A stretch of 64,000 bases of DNA. Source: Phaeosaccion multiseriatum. Its lineage: Eukaryota; Protista; Ochrophyta, other classes. The notes below the pieces were generated by a model. That model had not been told where the DNA came from. It made no database searches and worked only from the letters and a program-made list of their open reading frames with translations. Within the stretch, counting starts at the first letter, position 1; every line of letters starts with the position of its first letter. Shown here in pieces: positions 27,570 through 40,414 of this stretch. The DNA lies in assembly GCA_965112735.1 (NCBI GenBank), contig OZ218962.1, positions 1,736,001 through 1,800,000 on the forward strand. Direction: 5' to 3'. The position numbers and the translations under genes were made by a program.

Positions 27570-30500
27570 ATGGTGTTCTGCCTAGATTTGAAGCGCTTAT
27601 TCTTCGGGTTAGAGGAGGAAGTTTGTCTGCCGCAGGTGAGCGCGAAGGCGGGCAGGACAGAGGGAAGGGGGGTACGCAGGAGACTGCGCGAAGGCAAAGG
27701 CAGCAGGAGCAGTCCAAAGAGGGGGAGAGGGAGGAAGGGAAGAGGCGAGGGACGGCCGGAGCAGATAGTCGGCTCGTCCCTTGCCTTGCTTGTTGCATGT
27801 TTCGCCCCCCCCTGCTCCCCTTTGGCGCCAGTGGTGGACTGCTCCTAACTTTCTTTCTTCCTGCTCTTCCTCTTTCTTCTTCTTGTTGTTGCTTTCCTCC
27901 TGCTATACTCTCTCTCCCTCGCCCGGCCTTGCTTGTTGCCTCGATGCCAGGATGAGGCCAGCGATCTTCGGGCCCGAGCAAAGGAGCTCACTGAAATGAG
28001 GGAAGAGTACGCGTACACTGACGACAGAGTCCCTGTCGGAACTCCGTACCTGGACAAGTTGCCAGATCCCGAGTTTCCTCCTCCACGGTTATGGATTGCA
28101 AAGCTTGCCGCGACCGTCTTTCATGTGTTTAGGTGGTTTGGGTGAGTGTAGTGGTGGAGAGGGGGCCGGGGGGTCAAGAGAGAGAGAGAGAGAGAGAGAG
28201 AGCGTGAGAGGAAAACCCTCCTGTATTGAACTTCCTCGCTCGTTCCGCCTGGCTGCTGGTATGGTGGCTTGATGTTAGTTGAAAATCCTGCCCTTTCTGG
28301 CTCAGCCAACGGCCTCTACTACGTAGTACGAACATGCCTTGTTGACTCTGTGTTAACTCTCCTCACTCTCTTTCCTTTCGTCGGCGTCATTTCCCTCACT
28401 CCCTCTCTCCCTCCCTCCCTCCTCCCTCCTGTCCTCCCCAAAGGTGGTACCAATTCGTAACCCACAAGCGCCGCCGCCGTGCGGCATTGAAGGCCGCGGA
28501 AGAAGACGCCTACGACACCCCCTTGTTCGGACTGCTCGACGCCTTCAGCAACAAGGACAAGGCCACCCACTTACTCGATGAGCTCGCACAAAGCAAGACC
28601 ACCATAGATGAAAACGGCGCTGAGGCCGACCTGCTTGACGAACAAGAGGACGACGTTGTTGACAATCGTGGCAACCATCATATCGTGCGAGAGAGTGACA
28701 AGTCTTACCGTAAGCAGCTTCGCACGCTGGGCATCGACCTTCCGCACTCGGCTCGAGACTATCAGGTTGGTGGCGTGCGTGAGTAGGGGGAGAGGAAGCA
28801 AGGAGAGCGTGTGGTAAGACATACGAGAGAGTCGAGGCAGCGGCCCGCAAGAGGATCCACATGCATGAACTCGCGCTCTCTACCCCCCTACCTCTTAGCT
28901 TCGTGCACATAACACAGCTATGCTGCTCTCTATCTTCACATCCCTCTCTCTGCGTCTCTGCTCCTCCTCCTCCTCTCCCCCACCTCTCCCACTTCTCACT
29001 CCCTCTCTGTACCTCGCTGACTCTCCCTCTCTCTCTCTTTCCCTCTCTCTCTCTCTCTCCCTCCCCCCCCCCCCCTCTCCCTCACTCTCTCTCCCTCTCC
29101 CCTTCTCTCTTTCCATCCTTCTGCACAGCTCGACGAGACGTTCTGCCGCTACCGCTTGGCCGGCCCCTACCCCATGAGCATCCGCAGAGCCACTGCCGAG
29201 GACCGAGCTAAGCTTGTGGCCCTCGATCAAGACCGCTCAGGTGCCTACACCGCGCTCAAGCAGAGCATCGACACCAAGATGGCAGCCGATGAGCTCTTCG
29301 TAACCGACTTTGGGTGCTTCGCCGGGGTGACGGGGAGTAAGACTAAGAGTGGCCTTCAAAAGTACGTGTGTTCGCCCCTGGCGCTGTTTGGGCTCAACCC
29401 CAATGTGGAGGAGAGGGAGGAGCGCATGCCCCTCGAGGTGTTGGGTATTCAGCTGTTTCAAGAGGAAGGGGCAGCTACGCCGCACCCCATCTTTACCAAG
29501 GAGGATGGAGTGGATTGGGACATCGCAAAGGTGGGTCGGGTGGGTGGGTGTTGGGGGCGTGGGTGGGTGGGTGGTGAGTGAAGGTGTGGGTGTGGGTGGG
29601 AGGAGAGAGCGAGGGCGAGCGAGAGAATTTCTTGCTTGTGCTCAACTCTTTATTATTGCCAATACTGTACTTCACCACAACCATCACCATCACCGCCACC
29701 ACCACCGCCACCACAGGCGTGCTACACCGCCATGGAGGGCGTGTACCACGAAGGCGTCGGCCATCTTGGAGAGTGCCACCTGGTGTGTGAGGCCTTCATC
29801 GCCGCCACTCGCCGCCACCTTCCCTCCCTCCACCCCCTCAACAGGCTCCTCCTACCTCACTTACAGGTGCGCGCGTGTGTGCGTGTGTGTGCATGTGTGT
29901 GTGCGTGTGGCTTGGGGGGGGGGGACTCTCGTTCTTTGGTGGCTTGAATGGTCCTTCTATGGGGGGTGGAAGGGACGGAAGGAGAGGGCTTTGTTCCGCG
30001 GCTTCCCCACAAGATAGACAGAGACATGTTTGAAGCTGAGCGAACCCCCTTCCCTTCCCCTCCCCCCCTCTTGCTGTTGGCTCCCTCCCTCCTTCCCTCC
30101 CTCCCATCCCCCCCCCCCGCTGCCCTCCTACCCCATGCCCCACACAGGGGTCCGCTCTGATCAACGAAGGCGCTACCCGTCTCCTCGCCGGCAGAGAACA
30201 GCCAGTGGATGAACTCACGGGCGTCCCCATCGAAGACTCGTGGGTCCTCATAACCGACAGGGTTCTCAAGAGGCTGTCGGGCGACTTTTCTCACCAAGTA
30301 CGTTCGTAAGAGTACGTAACATGACTTGTGTGGGCGTGCTGTCATGTGCCGATGTTCCGCAATGCGTATCATTTTGTTTCTGATTCGGCTTGGTTACTCA
30401 TAGTAAATATGGCACTCCTCCCTCCCTCGCTTCCTTCCGGCCCGCCCGCCCTCCCTCCCTCCCTCCCTCCTCCTTCTCTCCCCCTCCCCTCCCTCCCTCC

Positions 30501-31642
30501 CTCCCTCCCATTCCATCACTCAATTCCAATGGCCTGGCTGTTGTGACCGCGAAGGCCGAGACAACATCCCGAGGAATGGAGTACGAGAAGTTCCCTTACC
30601 CTTACCCTTACCGCGACGATGCCGACAAGCTCAACGCCGAAATTGAGACGTGGGTGACCTCCTACCTCCAACTCTACTACGGCACTGACCAGGCCACTCA
30701 GGAGGACAGGATTGGGAATGACTCTGAGTTGCAGGAGTGGGTGAAGAGCCTCGCCGACCCTTCCAAGGAAGGGGGTAAGGTTGGGTGGATGGAGGAGTGG
30801 GGTGCCACGGAGGACAAGTTCAAGATGTTGAGCAAAGTCGTGTCCAGTCTCATCTTCACTGCGAGTGCGAGGCATGCCGCGGTCAACTTCCCTCAGCGGA
30901 CTATCATGGGCTTCGTGCCGGCCTACCCGCTTGGCGTGTACAGCCCACCCCCGAGGGAGAAGGACAGTAGGCGGACGAAGGCGGACCTTTGGGCCTACAT
31001 GCCGCCCCTCACGGTATGCATGTAGCCATAACTCTTTGTCTGCCTGCCTGTCTGCCTGCCTGCCTGCCTGTCTGCCTCACCCCCCCCCCCACCCCTTCCG
31101 CTCTGCTTCGTGATGGCTCGAATGGAATGCATCCACTGACTCAAAACCTCACTGCGTTGGTGTCTGTCGCTCTTCCTCAGATGTCCCTTGTTCAAGTGCG
31201 AGTTACAAATGTCCTTGGAGGCGTTTACTACTCAAGTAAGGAAAAGAGGCGGGAGGAGGAGGAGGAGGAGGAGTAGGAGGGAGCAAGCTAGGAAAAAATG
31301 AAGGGGCAACGACTTAGCTACTCTTCGCCTTTCCTCGCTCCTGTGCTTTTCTCCCTACACGCGAACACACACACGCACACACACATACACACACGACTTG
31401 CTCTGTCTCTCACAGAGCTTGGCCAGTATGACGAAGACTGGTTCACAGACCCTGAGGCTCAGAAGGCAGCCCAGATCTTCGAGGACCGCATTGCCGCGGT
31501 GGCCACACAGATTGAAGAGCGTAACGATGAACTCTTTGCGAGTGCGCTCAAGGCCACTCCAGAAGGGGGGGCCAAGGCGGCCAAGTGCCACGTGTATGAG
31601 ACGCTGCTGCCGTGGTACGTCCCCCACAGCATCAACATTTGA
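27570..31642 (+). CDS. Lipoxygenase without a PLAT domain (bacterial/oomycete-like architecture), ~9 exons
   Basis: LPQ|DE..RA..L...Y.Y N-terminus, RLAGPYP, WDIAK, HEGVGHLGECH, HPLNRLLLPH, YPYRDD, IFTASARHAAVNFPQ, C-terminal VPHSINI*. All expected iron ligands are present. Confidence 0.92.
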
Positions 31643-31713
31643 TTGAGTAGATTGATTGTTTCGAGGAATCGTTTGTTTCAAACAAGTAGTTGTTTCTTTT
31701 CTTAGTCTTATTG

Positions 31714-31831
31714 GAGAATGTGTGTGCCGGCTGGCGTCGGCAATAGCTGGTAGTGCGTCGGCTGTGCCGGCGAATAACTGATAGCGTGCCGGCTGACGCA
31801 GGCAATAGCGACAGCTCAAAGTGCGTCAGGG
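31714..31831 (-). mobile_element. Degenerate end of element-A family (left end plus subterminal repeats, inverted)
   Basis: The reverse complement reads CCCTGACGCAC...CGCTATTGCCTGCGTCAGCCGGCACGCTATCAGTTATTCGCCGGC, which aligns with 25171-25228. Confidence 0.55.
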
Positions 31832-32231
31832 TTTAATGGGACTATGGGTGTCTTTGGGGCACACTGGGGGCCTGTTACGGTTATCCCCCCCCCCTACAAT
31901 GTAATACTACTTCGAAGTATATTTTCGCGTGCGAGCGTAGCGAGTACGCTTTCTCTCTTGCCATGTTTCCTCTATTTCTGATATTTCCCCGCGTCAGACC
32001 ATGAGGGGAAAGGTGGTGCTCGTTCCGGGCACACAGGAGAAGACGACTGGCCTCACCTACGTGGCGCCATCTCCAGAGCCACCAACATCGGCTGTATTGG
32101 CATCTATGGGGGTCTCACAGAGGAGCGGCTCAGAGTTAATATTGGTGGGAAGGCGTTAGACAAGAGGAAGACAGCCAGAGGAGCAGCGGCTTCGGGGGCT
32201 TCAGGAGCGGACGCTCGAGAGGGTCAGAGGG

Positions 32232-32315
32232 AGGAGGGTAGCGAAACCAGTTGTGCGACCAGGGTAGGAGGGTAGTGAGTGTGAGAGGGAGGTATGTGTG
32301 TGTGGGTGTCTGTGC

Positions 32316-32358
<43 letters not shown>

Positions 32359-32445
32359 AGGCTCTGTATGTATGTGTGTGTGAGGAAGGAGGGTAGTGCA
32401 ACCAGTGGTGCAACCAGGGTAGGAGGGTAGTAAGAGTGAGTGTCT
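32232..32445. repeat. Imperfect ~55-bp direct repeat (period ~155 bp) flanking a (GT)n tract
   Basis: GGAGGGTAG..AACCAGT.GTGC.ACCAGGGTAGGAGGGTAGT at ~32232-32290 and ~32387-32445. Confidence 0.7.
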
Positions 32446-32874
32446 GTGCGTGTGTGTGTGTCTCGGTATGTGTGTCTCGGTACATGTGTGCGCGTGCGTG
32501 CGTGTAAATAACTGTCAATACAAAGCGGAAATTCCAACTCAACGATTGGGCTGCCAACCCAGCAAGTAATAACAGCAAAAAAACAAACAAACAACCCAAC
32601 ACTCTCCATCCGTCTGAGTTCAAAAGTTTTCCCCGGCAGGTAAAGAAATGAGGAAATTTCTCGCACGCGACTACATGCCACAGGTGAGTTGGCAACTGCG
32701 TATCACCACACGAATGAGAGATTCTCGGGATCAAAATTCGCGCGGGAGAAGTGAGGAAGTTTGCGAAAAAAATTGAACATTCTTTTGAAGCACGCCCATA
32801 CTTCGTGCGCTATGAGCTCCACCTCCTCCTCCTTCTCCTCTGCCTCCTCCTCCTCCTCCTCCTCCTCCTCGGCG

Positions 32875-35146
32875 ATGCTGCTCTGCTTGCTGCTGCTCTG
32901 TCTTCTTGCGCCCTCCTCGGCATTGAAGATAAGCCTGGTTGGCTCAGGTAAGCATCCTGTGCCTTGCAAAGCCCCCCCCTTCTCTTCGCCTTACTAATTC
33001 ACTAAAAATCCCCCGCTCCCTCTGCTCCCACAAAGGCTTCAATGCAGGCCAGCCTCAGCTGGATGGGAGAGTTCTCGAGATCGGAGCGTATCACGAGGCC
33101 GGCACCAAGCTGTACTTCACCAATGCCGAGAGATGTAGTCTGGAGATATTCGACACCAGCAACATTGATGATCCTGTGTTTGTTTCGACACTTGAGCTGG
33201 CCGAGTTCGGCTGCCCGAACAGTGTCAGCATACAAGACGGGGCCCTCGTTGTGGCTCTCCAGCCCCCCGGTGACAGCTGGTCGACCAGGGGTACATTGAG
33301 ATACGTTTCTGATCTGAGCACATGGTCGGGCGCTGCGGAGGACATGAAGAGCTGGGGTGTGGGCTTCCTCCCCGACATGGTCACCTTCACTCCAGGTAAA
33401 GTTGCTGAGTAGAAGATGGCAGCCAGACACTCAAACAGAATGAATATTTGCAACAGCCCACCCCCCGCCCCTCCTAAACCGCTCCCCACAGACGGGAAGA
33501 AGATTCTAGCTGCCAACGAGGGCCAGCCAAGCGACGACTACACGGTCGATCCCGAGGGGAGCATCTCCATCGTTGACATAGAGGTTAGTCAGCGGGCAAG
33601 CAGAGCGACAACTGCAAGAAGTTACAATGCCTTCCCTCCTTCTTCCTCCTTCCTCCTCCTGCTGAGCACTCGCTCACTCACTTGATGCAATGCATTGCCT
33701 CCTTCTTTCCCCTCCGTGGCTGGCCCCGCCCGTCTCCCGCCTGAATCTTCCACCTTCGGCGTGTGGGATTGATTCATTTCCTGACTCCCACTCACCCGTA
33801 ATCAGGCCGAAACCGTGGCCGAGGTCAGCTTTGCGGGGCTAAGGGGGGTGTCGCCCGACGTGCGTGTGTTCGGACCGGGAGCCTCTTTCGCACAGGATAT
33901 GGAGCCAGAGTACCTCGCCATTGACAGCAAGGGCAGCAAAGCTTACGCGTGCCTCCAAGAAAACAATGCAGTGGCCGTCATCGACATTTCCTCGGCTACG
34001 GTGGACAAGATCCTACCGCTCGGATTCAAAAGCTGGGGAGCCACAACCCTGAAACTGGATACCAACGACGAGGACGGTGAAGTGGTGCTCAAGACAATCC
34101 CCGGACTCTTCGGCATGTATCAGCCTGACACGATCAAATACTTCGAGGTTGGAGGCGAAGGCTATCTTGCCTTGGCCAACGAGGGAGACTCAAGGGACTA
34201 TGGCGGCTTCTCGGAGGAGGTACGGGTGGGAGACCTTGCAGAGGAGTTCGGAGTGAGCCCTGTCCTCTTGGAGGCTGTCGGGGACAGACTCAGGGTCACG
34301 TCTACGCTGGGCCAGGAGGCGGCTGGGGGTGAATACACCTCTCTCTTTGCCTATGGCGGTCGCTCCTTCTCCATCCTCTCCGTCGCCACGGGCACCATCG
34401 TGTACGACAGCGGCAGTTTCATCGAGGAGTACATCGCCCTAAACGACCCCTCAGCACACAATCAGAACTTCGACGACGACGAAAGACTGTTCGAGCTCGA
34501 CGCCCGGAGCGACGACAAGGGGCCCGAGCCAGAGGGCCTGGTCATCTACGAGAAGAACGACAAGACGTACCTCATCCTCTGTCTAGAACGCAGCTCCGGC
34601 ACCATGCTGTTCGACATTAGCGACCCGACCACCCCTTCCTTCCTTCAGTACTCCAATGAGGCGTCCGTCGCCCCTTCCGCCGCCGAGGGAGACGGTGATG
34701 GTGACGCCAGTTTCAGCTTCGTGGCACCTGAGCAGCCCCTCATCATGACCCAGGGGGGCGCTGATTATGTGGTTATTCCCTACGAGGTGTCCGGGGACTT
34801 TGGAATCTTCAAACTCGTGACAGAGGAAGAGGAGGAGGAGGAGGAGGAGGAGGAGGAGGAGGAGGAGGAGGAGGAGGAGGAGGAGGAGGAGGAGGAGGAG
34901 GAGGACGAGGAGGACACGATGGCACCTGACGGAGAGGAAGAGTGCTTGTGCCCTGGCCTCTTGCCCGACGGGTCCTCAGAGAGGTGCTTCAGAGATGTGA
35001 CTTGCACAGAGACACTCAGACACAAGCTTGGCTGCAACGCCTACGGCCGACCTAATTGCCGCTTCTGCGGCTTTGGGCTTTATTCAGGAACGCCTTGCCC
35101 TGAAGAGGACGCCCCCGCGCCCACATGCAAGTGGGTATGCGAGTGA
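32875..35146 (+). CDS. Secreted choice-of-anchor-I / atypical PhoA-like alkaline phosphatase with a C-terminal Cys-rich module
   Basis: Signal peptide MLLCLLLLCLLAPSSA; PNSVS, VGFLPDMVTFTPDG..ILAANEGQP..DPEGSISIVD, DMEPEY, LQENNA, GMYQPD, ANEGDSRDY, GGRSFSI, RSDDKGPEPEG. Poly-Glu linker, then a Cys-rich tail. Three introns. Confidence 0.82.
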
Positions 35147-35797
35147 GGTGTAGGGCAGAGAGGGAGAGGGAGAGGCAGAGGGGGGGAGGGGCCTGCCCTT
35201 TCCTCTTGGAAGGGGCTTGCTTGGGACTGATTCATTGGGGCTTGCCTTGTGACCATACAATACGTAGGTAGATACACCACTTGAGTGGTGGGGCGTGATA
35301 CATAGATACACAACTTGAGTGGCGGGCGTGAAGGTGGGCTGCGTCCTGCGCCATGGCTGACTCTGGGCATCGCTGTTACAGCGCTTACCAAGAACATGTA
35401 CTGTACGACGTACCGTAAACTATTGGCGCGGCTCCAAGCAGCGGCCAGCAGCAAAGAGGGAATAAAAGCGACTGAGCGAAGAAAGCTGGCGAGGATGTGC
35501 GCTTGAAGACACATCAAGCAGAGATAGGCACCAGTCAAGTGTAGCAAAAACGTGTGCCTTCTTGCAACACGTGAATTATCTGTATATATCACCTTACGTA
35601 GCTATGTACATGATCTTCCTTGTACATCTCCCGCTGTGAGAAGATTTGATTCCCTCTTCTCCGCCGAGCAGCGGGACCACACCCCTCCGTTCCTCCGTGG
35701 GGCGAAGAAGAGGCAAGCAAAACCAACCCTCACCCTCTCTTTCCACGTGGCTCTATGGCCACCAATGCCTAGCCCCCTCCCAATCGATCAGGAGCCT

Positions 35798-36463
35798 CTA
35801 ATTGTAGTACATCTGAGGCAACAATACGAGAGGGCGGGCAGCACTGGTTAGAGGGCAAGGAGGTGGTGGAGATGCGGGATGGACAGAAGGCAACGTGATC
35901 GATCATCGCTCCGCTGTAAGCGTGCATGTGCCCTCTCACCTCCAGGCCCATGCCATCGCTGATCTCGTAGTCCTTTTGTGCGGCGCGGCAGAGGTTAGGG
36001 GAAAGGGAGGGACAGGGAGAGGGGTTTAGGGAGGGACGGAAGTGCAATAGAGGGGTGGCAGGACAGAGGTTTAAGAGATTAAGGGAGGGGGTGGTGAAGT
36101 AGCTGGGTTCAGAAGAAGGGCTTAGTAGCAGGACAGAGGTTTGTTGTTGTTCACTAGAGGGGAGTGTGCAAGCCTACCTCTAGAGTGATGTGATCCTTGT
36201 ATATCGTGTACCACTTCTGGATGCGGATCTTCTCTGGTCTTGTACCGATCTGTGGAGGAGGAGGAGAACGGGAATCGAAACATAGTCAGGCACTGCACCC
36301 CTTCCCCTTCCCGTCTCTCTCCAATCAGAGCTGCCTTCGCCTGCAGCGCGCCTCGCCTCACCTGCGCGGCAATAAGCTTCTTCAGGTCTCCGATGGTGTC
36401 GTCCTCGTTGCACTTGACGCGGACCTTTTTGCCCAGCCTGTCATTGCACACCACTTCGATCAT
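35798..36463 (-). CDS. UBL5: Ubiquitin-like protein 5 / Hub1
   Basis: [34 protein letters not shown]|[24 protein letters not shown]|[11 protein letters not shown]|MYYN*. Four exons. Confidence 0.96.
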
Positions 36464-36790
36464 CTTGGCGAGCGGCCTCCCCACCTCCGCCTCCGCCTCG
36501 TCTCCAGCTCCTTCTCCCTAACCGCCGCCCCCCTACCTTTCCCTGCCGAGCAGCTGCAGCAGCAGCAGGAAGCAAAGAGCAGGAGCGAAGCAGCAGCGGC
36601 TGAAGAGGAGAAGAGAAGCAGGAAAGCAGCTGCAGGTCGGGTTGGGAGGATGGCAATTTCAGATCGGTGGAAGCGTGACCCTTCAATTACGTAAGCTTAG
36701 CTAAGTACAGTACGAAGGGAAGAGAGAAGGGAAAGAGAGAAGGGAAGGGAAGGGGCAGAGAGGAAGCGTGCGCGCCGAAGGGGTGCAGTC

Positions 36791-38459
36791 ATGGCGCAGC
36801 CTATTCCTGTGCTGTTCAATGAGGCACTCAATGTAAGTATGGTGTTATGCACACGAGAGCAAAGACGTTCGGGGAACATTGCAGGCAGAGGTTGAGAGAC
36901 GGCAGCCTGCAGGGGTGACGGGGGAAGAAGGAGGAAGCACGGCCAGTGAGGGAGTGTTTGCATGAGCGGAGGGAGGTTCAGCAATGCATGCCCTCGTGGC
37001 GCTGCTGGGGGCGGAGTCCACGCAGCTCCTGCCCCGCCGCAGACAGGACGGTTCTTTGCGTTGCCTGCCACATTACAGGGCACAGTCAGCAGCACCAGCA
37101 GCAGCACAACCACCGCCAGAAGCAACAGCACTGGAAGCGGTACATCAGAGGTGGTGCGCGTAGATGCTGGGAGGAGAAGAACCATTGGACCCGGACGACA
37201 GCCTTTGTTTTCTGCGGATTCCTCTCCCTCCCATGTGGAGGGCTTGCCGATGCAATCGCGCTCACGGCTGCAGGACCGCGCGTTCTCACGCAAGGCGTTG
37301 CTCTCGCTGCCGAGAAGTCGCTGCGGTGCAGCATGCAAGCAATCAGAAAGGCGTGTAGTCCCATGGACGCGCGAGAGGGCAGTCCATGTTGGGCTCCTGT
37401 TATGCTAGTGGTAACTGCTTCAGCCGTGCCAAAAACGGGCCTTCTGAGCTGCTCCGGCAGAGGGCAATGAGAGAACGAGTGATTACGTAAATGCGACTGG
37501 GGATGTGAAGGGGAATCGCTTGGCCCTGCCCTTTTACGTATCTGACCTCCTCCTCCTCCTCCTCCTCCTCCTCCTCCTCCTCCTCCTCCTCCTCCTCCTC
37601 CTCCCCATCTCCTTCCCTCCTCCTTGCTCTTTCCTCCCCTTTCTCGGTGCGCAACAGCTCACAACGCTGGGTGTCTCTCCCGATGCCATCAAGTTCGGGA
37701 CTTGTTCGCTGCAGAGCGACCAATACATCTGCGTGTGCCAGGTGCGATGCGGTGCGGTGCGCGCCACAAAGCTCAGGCCATCCCGAAAGAGAGGAGAGAG
37801 AGGGCTATACATCGCGGCACCTACCCTCGTCACGCCCCCTCTCCCATGACACCCCTAACTCTCACCCATCCTATCCCCTCCTGCCTGGCTTCCCTTGTGC
37901 CTGCCCAACTGCCCCACTGCCCAACCCCCCAGGCGGGAGAGCTGGTGATCGTGGACATGGCCAATGGCAACACCGTGACCAAGCGGCCCATCTCGGCAGA
38001 GGCCGCCATCATGAACCCCTCGCAGAAGATTGTGGCCCTCAGAGGCAAGTAGAGCGAAGTAGAGCAGCAGAGAAGTGGCCCTCAGAAGCAAGTACAAGTC
38101 AAGCGGCAGCAGCAGCAGAGTAGAAGGGGTAACTTTGCACGCGGCACAAGCAGAGCAGGAGCAGAGCAGGAGCAGGGGCAGAGCAGGAGCTTAGCCGAGC
38201 AGGGCCCTCCTTCCTCCACGGCGTCACCGTCAGTGGTTGTGGTTCATGCCTGTGTAGGGAATAGCCCGCTTCTCGCTTGTCGTTGCCCCTCTTACCGCTC
38301 TTACCCCTCCCATGCACGGCCATCCATCCCCCGGCCCATTCCCTGACTTCCTCCTCCTCCCCCTCCTCCTCCTCCTCCTCCTCCTCCTCCTCCTCCTCCT
38401 CCTCCTCCTCCTCCTCTTCCTCCTCCTCCTCCTCTTCCTCCTCCTCCTCCTCCTCCTCC

Positions 38460-38491
<32 letters not shown>

Positions 38492-40378
38492 CTCCTCCTC
38501 CTCCTCCTCCTCGTCTTCCTCCTCCTCCTCCTCTTCCACCACCACCACCACCCCTCCCACCACTTCAGCCCAGGGGCAGCTGCAGATCTTCAATCTGGAA
38601 GCCAAGCAGCGCATGAAGAGTCACACCATCGCTGACCCCATTGTGTTCTGGCGCTGGCTGGACAGCAGCACCATTGTGCTCGTCACGTCGGCCTCCGTCT
38701 TTCACTGGGCCATGTCCGGGGACTCCGCGCCCGTCAAGGTGCGTGCGTGTGCGTGTGCGTGTGTGTGTGCGCGCGCGCCTGTGCGTATGTGTACGTATGT
38801 GTGCGTGTCTGTGTGTGCGCGCATGTGCGCATGTGTTCGGGGGTGTGTATGCGTGTGTATACGTGTGCGTATGTATGTGTATGCCTGCATGGTACCTGCC
38901 CTTCCCGCTCCTGTTGTATCCATCCCCCCCGCTCAACTGCTGCTGTATCACCAACTTCTGCCCATCCCATCCATCACCGAAAGATGTTTGACCGCGACGG
39001 CAAGCTGGAGGGCTGCCAGGTGATCGGGTACAATGTCAGCAAAGACGGCAAGTGGTGCCTGTGCATCGGCATCGCTCAGATCTCTCCCGGGGTCGTTGGA
39101 GGAACCATGCAGGTGCGGCAGGGATGAGAGAGACGAGAGAGATGGAGAAAGCAAGGGGAAGAAGAGAAGAGACAGCTTCGTTGACTCACTTCATCATTCA
39201 TCATCGGACCGTTTGCTTTTGGCTGCCTCTCTTCTCTTCTCTTGTCTGAGCAGCTGTACAGCGTGGACAAGAAGGTCAGCCAGATGCTGAGCGGGCACAC
39301 CGGCACCTTCACCAACATCAAGGTAAGTCTGTCAGTCTGTCAGTCAGTGAGTCAGTCCGTCCGTCAGTCAACCAGTCAGTCTGTCCGTCAGTCAACCAGT
39401 CACGAGAGGGGGGGGGGGGGGCACGGAGAGAGAGAGAGGACAGAGAAGGAAAGGCAGGCAGCGGAGCAGCGATAGATGGGGCAGCCTCTGGGTACAGTGT
39501 CAGCAGCGGACAGGAGCGATTGCATGGCCCTCCCTCCCACCCTCCCTCCCTCCCCTACCCCGAGCGAGCAGCGAGACTAACCACTGAGCTATGTCTATAA
39601 CCACTAAGCTATGTCTCCGTCTCCCCCTATTACTCTGTGCTTGGTGCTCTGTGCAGGTGCCCGGTCGGGAGGATGAGGCTCAGGTGCTCTGCTTTGAGGA
39701 GAAGAAGCCCGACAGGTGCGTTGAGTTGCTGCGGTCAGTGTCAAGTGTCAGTCAGTGTCAAGTCTTCAGTATAAGGAGAGTGTAGACCGCACCGGTCAGT
39801 GTCAAGTTTCAGTGTCAAGTCTTCAGTATAAGGAGAGGGTAGACCGCACCGGTCAGTGTCAAGTTTCAGTGTCAAGTCTTCAGTATAAGGAGAGTGTAGA
39901 CCGCACCGGTCAGTGTCAAGTTTCAGTGTCAAGTCTTCAGTATAAGGAGAGGGTAGACCGCACCGCACCCCACCGGCCGGAGGATGGAGGGGGGCTGGGC
40001 TCTGTGTGTGTGCTGTGGTGCATGCAGTGTCCGCTGTCCGCTCTCTCAACTTGGAGACTCTCATGCCAACACAACAGTCCATCAGAGAGAGGATGGAGAG
40101 ACGCCCACCTCACCTCCCTCACCTCCTTCCTCTCCCATCCGTCCGTCCCTCCCTCCCTCCGTCCCTCCCTCCCTCCGTCTGTCCCTCTCTCCCTCCCTCC
40201 CTCCCTCCCTCCCTCCCCTTCCTCCCCTCCCGCCTCCGCAGCCCCGCGAAGCTCTTCGTGATGGAGGTTGGGCGAGACAAGGACGCCCCTGGCCAGGCCT
40301 TCCGCCTGCCCGCGCAGCAGATCCCCATGCCGCCAGACGCCCCCAACGATTTCCCAGTGGCCATGCAGGTGCGTGGAT

Positions 40379-40414
<36 letters not shown>

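Noticed and set aside
31925-32240. GCGAGCGTAGCGAG word and short open frames suggesting a mobile-element remnant
   Set aside because: Too short and unsupported without a homology search.
32715-32730. AGATTC word as a possible phosphate-starvation regulator site upstream of the phosphatase
   Set aside because: A single hexamer is not distinguishable from chance.
36833-37657. ORFs or a nested gene in the long first CLTC intron
   Set aside because: No recognisable protein motif, and no RNA-gene boxes that I can support.
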